In this document: positions 59,963 to 64,000 of the stretch, in pieces | How the letters are laid out: each line of letters begins with the position of its first letter | Position numbering within the stretch: position 1 is the first letter of the stretch | From: Bacilli bacterium | GTDB taxonomy: Bacteria > Bacillota_I > Bacilli_A > RF39 > UBA660 | DNA: 64,000 nt | Reading direction: 5' to 3' | NCBI GenBank assembly: GCA_045541255.1 | Contig: JAZQIU010000006.1 | Span: forward strand, 43,663 to 107,662 | Program-made: the position numbers and the translations under genes | The notes under the pieces: generated by a model | Seen by the model: the letters and a program-made list of their open reading frames with translations, nothing else | What the model was told of the DNA's origin: nothing | Databases searched by the model: none

Positions 59963-60925
59963 ATGATGTATATCAATTCCTTTATAACAGAACTATCAAA
60001 GAAGATAGAAACTGTTGATACACAGTTAAAAGATTTTGAAAGTAAAATGGATAGAATTAATGAAGTTAAAAGTATGCTTACTTTAAAAACTTTAAAAGAT
60101 ATAGATAGTTTAAAAGGGGAAGATTTGAGTTTGCTTACAAAAGAAGAGTTTGCTCAAATTTTAGATGCATTTAATTTTGATGATAAGGAAGAAAGAATGA
60201 AAATATTTTTTAATGCTTCAGTATCATTAAAAGTAAATCAAAAACTAGTAAGTGATGGAGTAATTGAAGTTAATAATAAAACTGAAGTTGATAACTATGT
60301 TAAATGGTTAGATGAACAAATTAATTTTATTAAAGAATATTTAAAAGATTTTAATGAGAATAATAAAGAATATTATAATAGTTTAAAAATAAGTGATAAT
60401 TTATATAAAAAGTATATAGGTTATTTTAAGAATGATAAATTAATTAAACCAATATATGATATTGAAGAATTTAATGAGGTAATAAAGAAAAGTGGTATTA
60501 TTACTAGTGAAAAATGGCAATTACTAAAATATGTTGGTGAAAAAAATATAGAGTTTCAAAAGAAGAGTGAAGCTAATAAAGAAGAAAAGATTGAATATAG
60601 CGATGAAGAAATTATTTCTTTTGTCGAGAGTATATTAGCTAGAGAAAAGAGCTTAATATTAAATTTAAATGAAGAGTTAATTAATATTTCTTTAAGTATG
60701 CTTGAATATGATGATGAAAAGATACAAAGTATGAATTTAACAGAGGAAGACATAGTTAGATATCAAAAGATTCCTATATTAGATGCTATGAATAAAATGT
60801 ATCAAGAAACTAAAAAAATGTTAAAAACTGATGAAGATAAAGATGCTATAAAAATAGAAAAAAACTTAAAAGATTTATTGCAATTGGTTGATTCATATGA
60901 TGTTATTAAAAAACTTGAAAAGTAG
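59963..60925 (+). CDS. Hypothetical protein (320 aa, K/E-rich helical).
   Basis: Intact ORF, RBS GGGAGG. No recognisable motif. Confidence 0.4.
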   Translation: MMYINSFITELSKKIETVDTQLKDFESKMDRINEVKSMLTLKTLKDIDSLKGEDLSLLTKEEFAQILDAFNFDDKEERMKIFFNASVSLKVNQKLVSDGVIEVNNKTEVDNYVKWLDEQINFIKEYLKDFNENNKEYYNSLKISDNLYKKYIGYFKNDKLIKPIYDIEEFNEVIKKSGIITSEKWQLLKYVGEKNIEFQKKSEANKEEKIEYSDEEIISFVESILAREKSLILNLNEELINISLSMLEYDDEKIQSMNLTEEDIVRYQKIPILDAMNKMYQETKKMLKTDEDKDAIKIEKNLKDLLQLVDSYDVIKKLEK

Positions 60926-60937
60926 GAGGGGATAATT

Positions 60938-62503
60938 TTGGATGGAATAAATGTTTTATTAGAATATTTTTTGATATTTAAAAATATTGAAATAAAGAAT
61001 GAAAATAATTTACAAATTATAAAAAAGATAGATAAAATAATTAAGGTATTAGAAAATGCTAAAAATCGTACTAAAGCAAATATTGAATATTTAACTGATT
61101 ATAATTTAGTTGAAGAGTTATCTAAAAGATATGATAGTAATTTAGTTAATAGTGAATTAAATAGTAAAGTTTTAAGTGAATATGGTTTTAGTAATGAAGA
61201 TGAAATAAAAACTAGTGATAAAGTTCCTAGTTATTTAAAAGAAATGTTAAATTCTAGTAAAAAGGGTATAGATAATATTTTATATGATATTATGTTAAAT
61301 CTAGATAGATATAATGTTTATTTTATGAATAAGAAAACTAAGAGTGTTGATTTACCTTTAACTAGTGATATACCTTTTGAAGAATTAGATGTTCAGTTAA
61401 AAGATGTATTATCTTATTTAGAAGTTAAAGAAGCGGAGTTAGATAAAGAGCTAGTTACAGATTTAGGAAGATATGCTGATTTAGATAAATTTAAAGAAAT
61501 GGCTATTGCAATTAAAACTAGCAATGATGTTAAATTTGCTTTATTTGATAAAATACAAGATAAGAATGTTTTGGTTTCAATACTTTTACATTCAAATTTA
61601 GAAACTATTGAAACTATTGGTAAAGTATTTGAAAAATATAAAGATAAAGTTAATAAAGTAGTTGCTGGTGTACCATCTATATTTATTAAAGATGTTGTTA
61701 GTAGCAAATGTAAGTATAACGTTTTAACTCATTATAATAATTTTTTAGGAAATGTTGCTTTAGTTCAAGAGTATAATTTAGATTTTAAAAGTATGACAGA
61801 AAACCCTGTATTTTTGGTTAATGATCATATAAAAAACAAACAAATGATAGAACAATTAAAAAATATGGGTGTTAAAATAAATAATGTTTTAGAATATGTT
61901 GGTAATATATTAGTGATAAAACCTGATATTGTATTTAGAAATATAAATACATTAGCTTTATATGGCATAAATTTGACTGATGACAATAATAATTATGGTT
62001 ATAGTTTATTAGGTATGGAAGAACTGGATATTAAGTTAGATTATTTGATAGAACAAGGTTTATGGAAAAAAAGTGATGGAATTAGATTAGATAATTTAGA
62101 CTTAATTAGAGGTTTAATTATAAAAGATGATTATTTAAAGTGGAAAAATAATTTTAAATATGATAGACTAGATAGTGCTTCACTTGAAAAGTGTGAATTT
62201 TCTAATGAACCATTCGATTTAACTAAGAGAGAAATAATATTAGAACAATATCCTGAAGTGGCTGATATTGAATCTAAATTTTTAGTTAGTGAAGAAGATT
62301 ATTATTCTGTTGGTTTTAATGTAATAAGTAGAAATAGGGTTTTGAGAAATTTATATAATTATAAGAATAAAGATAAGAGTAATTTTAAAGAAATGTTTAT
62401 TAAATCTTTGGAATATAAATCTAATGTAAAAGATAGTGAAGAAGTGTTTGGTGCTATTAAGCAGCCATTAGAAATGGGTGATGAAAGTGTTAAGTTATCT
62501 TAA
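60938..62503 (+). CDS. Hypothetical protein (521 aa, soluble, helical-repeat-like), TTG start after RBS TAGGAGGGG.
   Basis: Intact ORF. The N-terminal motif EYLTDYNLVEEL...EYGF recurs in the next ORF. Confidence 0.4.
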   Translation: MDGINVLLEYFLIFKNIEIKNENNLQIIKKIDKIIKVLENAKNRTKANIEYLTDYNLVEELSKRYDSNLVNSELNSKVLSEYGFSNEDEIKTSDKVPSYLKEMLNSSKKGIDNILYDIMLNLDRYNVYFMNKKTKSVDLPLTSDIPFEELDVQLKDVLSYLEVKEAELDKELVTDLGRYADLDKFKEMAIAIKTSNDVKFALFDKIQDKNVLVSILLHSNLETIETIGKVFEKYKDKVNKVVAGVPSIFIKDVVSSKCKYNVLTHYNNFLGNVALVQEYNLDFKSMTENPVFLVNDHIKNKQMIEQLKNMGVKINNVLEYVGNILVIKPDIVFRNINTLALYGINLTDDNNNYGYSLLGMEELDIKLDYLIEQGLWKKSDGIRLDNLDLIRGLIIKDDYLKWKNNFKYDRLDSASLEKCEFSNEPFDLTKREIILEQYPEVADIESKFLVSEEDYYSVGFNVISRNRVLRNLYNYKNKDKSNFKEMFIKSLEYKSNVKDSEEVFGAIKQPLEMGDESVKLS

Positions 62504-62783
62504 AGATTATAATTTAACAGATGATCAAATAAAAGATATAATTAATACTTATGATAATGAACTTTTAAAAAGTTTAAGTTTTTCAAAGAAAAATGTTAAA
62601 GAAATAATAAAATATTTATTAGAATTTGGTGTTGAAGATATATATAATGTAATTAAAAGACGTATTGATTTATTCTTCTTACCAGTAACTTTAGTAAAAC
62701 AAAATTTTACTAAATTAGATAAAAATATGCTTGTTTATTTATTAAATAATTCTATTGATGATTTAATAAATTATAATATTTGA
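62478..62783 (+). CDS. Hypothetical protein (101 aa), +1 frame relative to and overlapping the preceding gene by 26 nt. Possibly a frameshifted C-terminal extension of it.
   Basis: SYLKDYNLTDDQI...LEFGV repeats the motif seen in the upstream ORF. Confidence 0.3.
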   Translation: MMKVLSYLKDYNLTDDQIKDIINTYDNELLKSLSFSKKNVKEIIKYLLEFGVEDIYNVIKRRIDLFFLPVTLVKQNFTKLDKNMLVYLLNNSIDDLINYNI

Positions 62784-62786
62784 GTA

Positions 62787-62812
62787 ACTACTTTTGTAGT
62801 TATTTTTTTGTT
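62787..62812 (+). terminator. Operon terminator.
   Basis: taactac-tttt-gtagtta followed by TTTTTTTG. Confidence 0.5.
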
Positions 62813-62870
62813 AAAAAACATTTAAAGAGACAGTAAATTTTGATATAATAATTATTAGTGAGGTAGAATA

Positions 62871-64000
62871 TGGAATTACTAGATAATTTAAATAAACAAC
62901 AAATAGAAGCGGTTAAACATATAGATGGTCCATGTTTAGTAATGGCTGGTGCAGGAAGTGGTAAAACTAAGGTTTTAACTACTAGAATTGCATATTTAAT
63001 TGAAAATGGTGTTAGAGATTATAATATACTAGCTATTACATTTACTAATAAAGCTGCTAAAGAAATGAGAGAAAGAGTTAATAATATTGTTGGTGAAATT
63101 AATTCTTTTATTGGTACCTTCCATTCATTTGGATTAAGAATAATTAGAGAAAACTATATGTATTTAGGTTTAGATAAAAACTTTACTATTATAGATAGTG
63201 ATGATGTATTAAGTATTATAAAAAAGATATTAAAAGATAAGAATTTAGATCCTAAACATTATAGTCCTTATTATATAAGAAATAAGATTAGTTTTATTAA
63301 AAGTCAAATGTTAAGTGATATAGAAATAGAAAAATATTTTAATACTGAAATAGATTTAGTGGTTAAAGATGTTTATTATTTATATCAAGATAAGATGGTA
63401 AAGAATAATTCAATAGATTTTGATGATTTAATAAGTAAACCAGTTGAGTTATTTAGAAATCATAGGGAAATTTTAGAGCATTATCAAGAAAAATTTAAAT
63501 ATATTTTAATAGATGAATACCAAGATACAAATCCAGTGCAATATAAATTAAGTACTATGCTTGCTAATAAACATAAAAATATATTTGTAGTTGGTGATAT
63601 GAATCAAAGTATTTATGCATTTAGACAAGCAGATTATAGAAATATATTAAATTTTGAAAGAGATTATGAAGATTGTAAAGTTATAAAGTTAGAAGAAAAT
63701 TATCGAAGTACTAATAATATATTAAATGCTGCTAACTCTGTAATAAAAAATAATAAAGAGAGAAAAGATTTGAATTTATGGAGTGAAAAAGGTGACGGTT
63801 TAAAAATAAAATATATGAGAGCCTATGACGAAAAACATGAAATAAAACTTGTTATCGAAGAGATTAATAAGTTGTTAGATGAAGGTTATAAGAGAAGTGA
63901 AATAGGTATTTTATATAGAACTAATGCTCAGTCTCGTGTAGTTGAAGAAGGATTTTTAAATAAAGGTATTCCTTATAAAGTTGTAGGTAGTTATTATTTC
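62871..64000 (+). CDS. pcrA: ATP-dependent DNA helicase PcrA/UvrD, 3'-truncated by the window edge.
   Basis: Motif I AGAGSGKT; Ia; II VDEYQDTN; III FVVGDMNQSIYAFRQA; RBS GTGAGGT. Confidence 0.85.

Noticed and set aside
1-64000. Alternative genetic code (UGA=Trp, Mollicutes-like), given the extreme AT content.
   Set aside because: Long housekeeping ORFs (gyrA, gyrB, mfd, dnaX, rnr) are intact and end at standard stops, and Trp is encoded by TGG throughout. Code 11 fits.
1-64000. CRISPR arrays, rRNA genes, transposases or integrases.
   Set aside because: No regularly spaced direct repeats, no rRNA-like conserved blocks, and no ORF with DDE or tyrosine/serine recombinase motifs were seen.

Overview
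This window covers the replication-origin region of a very AT-rich Firmicute, roughly 25% GC, read under the standard genetic code; UGA is not Trp. Gene order follows the Bacillus/Clostridium pattern. The minus strand carries prmC–prfA–rpoE, a class A PBP on the plus strand, then parB–rsmG–mnmG–mnmE–jag–yidC–rnpA–rpmH. After oriC and its DnaA boxes the plus strand carries dnaA–dnaN–(comK-like)–recF–gyrB–gyrA. Next come two consensus parS sites, a small 4.5S-type SRP RNA, tadA–dnaX–ybaB–recR–(bofA-like)–holB–yaaT–yabB–pth–mfd–spoVT-like–tatD–yabE-like–ksgA, a kinase, and yabG–spoVG–yabP–yabQ–divIC. Then come tmRNA, an accessory block (RHH protein, tandem SpoIIID-like protein, Trx-fold protein, LysM protein), tRNA-Cys, perR–rubrerythrin, an ABC-F ATPase, hsp20, a YfhO-family protein, typA, a FemAB-family protein, secG–rnr–smpB, a Fic protein, an unrecognisable gene cluster, and the 5' part of pcrA. 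The most notable points follow, in order of interest. A C9 homopolymer sits inside the 17-nt spacer of a near-consensus promoter for a surface protein, a candidate phase-variation switch. A 24-bp perfect palindrome with a CCCGGG core occurs twice; the copy inside dnaX is abutted by a U_UUA_AAU slippery heptamer whose -1 frame stops after 6 codons, a possible gamma/tau frameshift. Duplicated parS plus DnaA-box modules lie after gyrA. A ComK homolog sits between dnaN and recF. A three-gene operon (overlapping frames) plus a divergent gene pair next to the Fic gene is unrecognisable. No CRISPR array, rRNA, transposase or integrase was seen.
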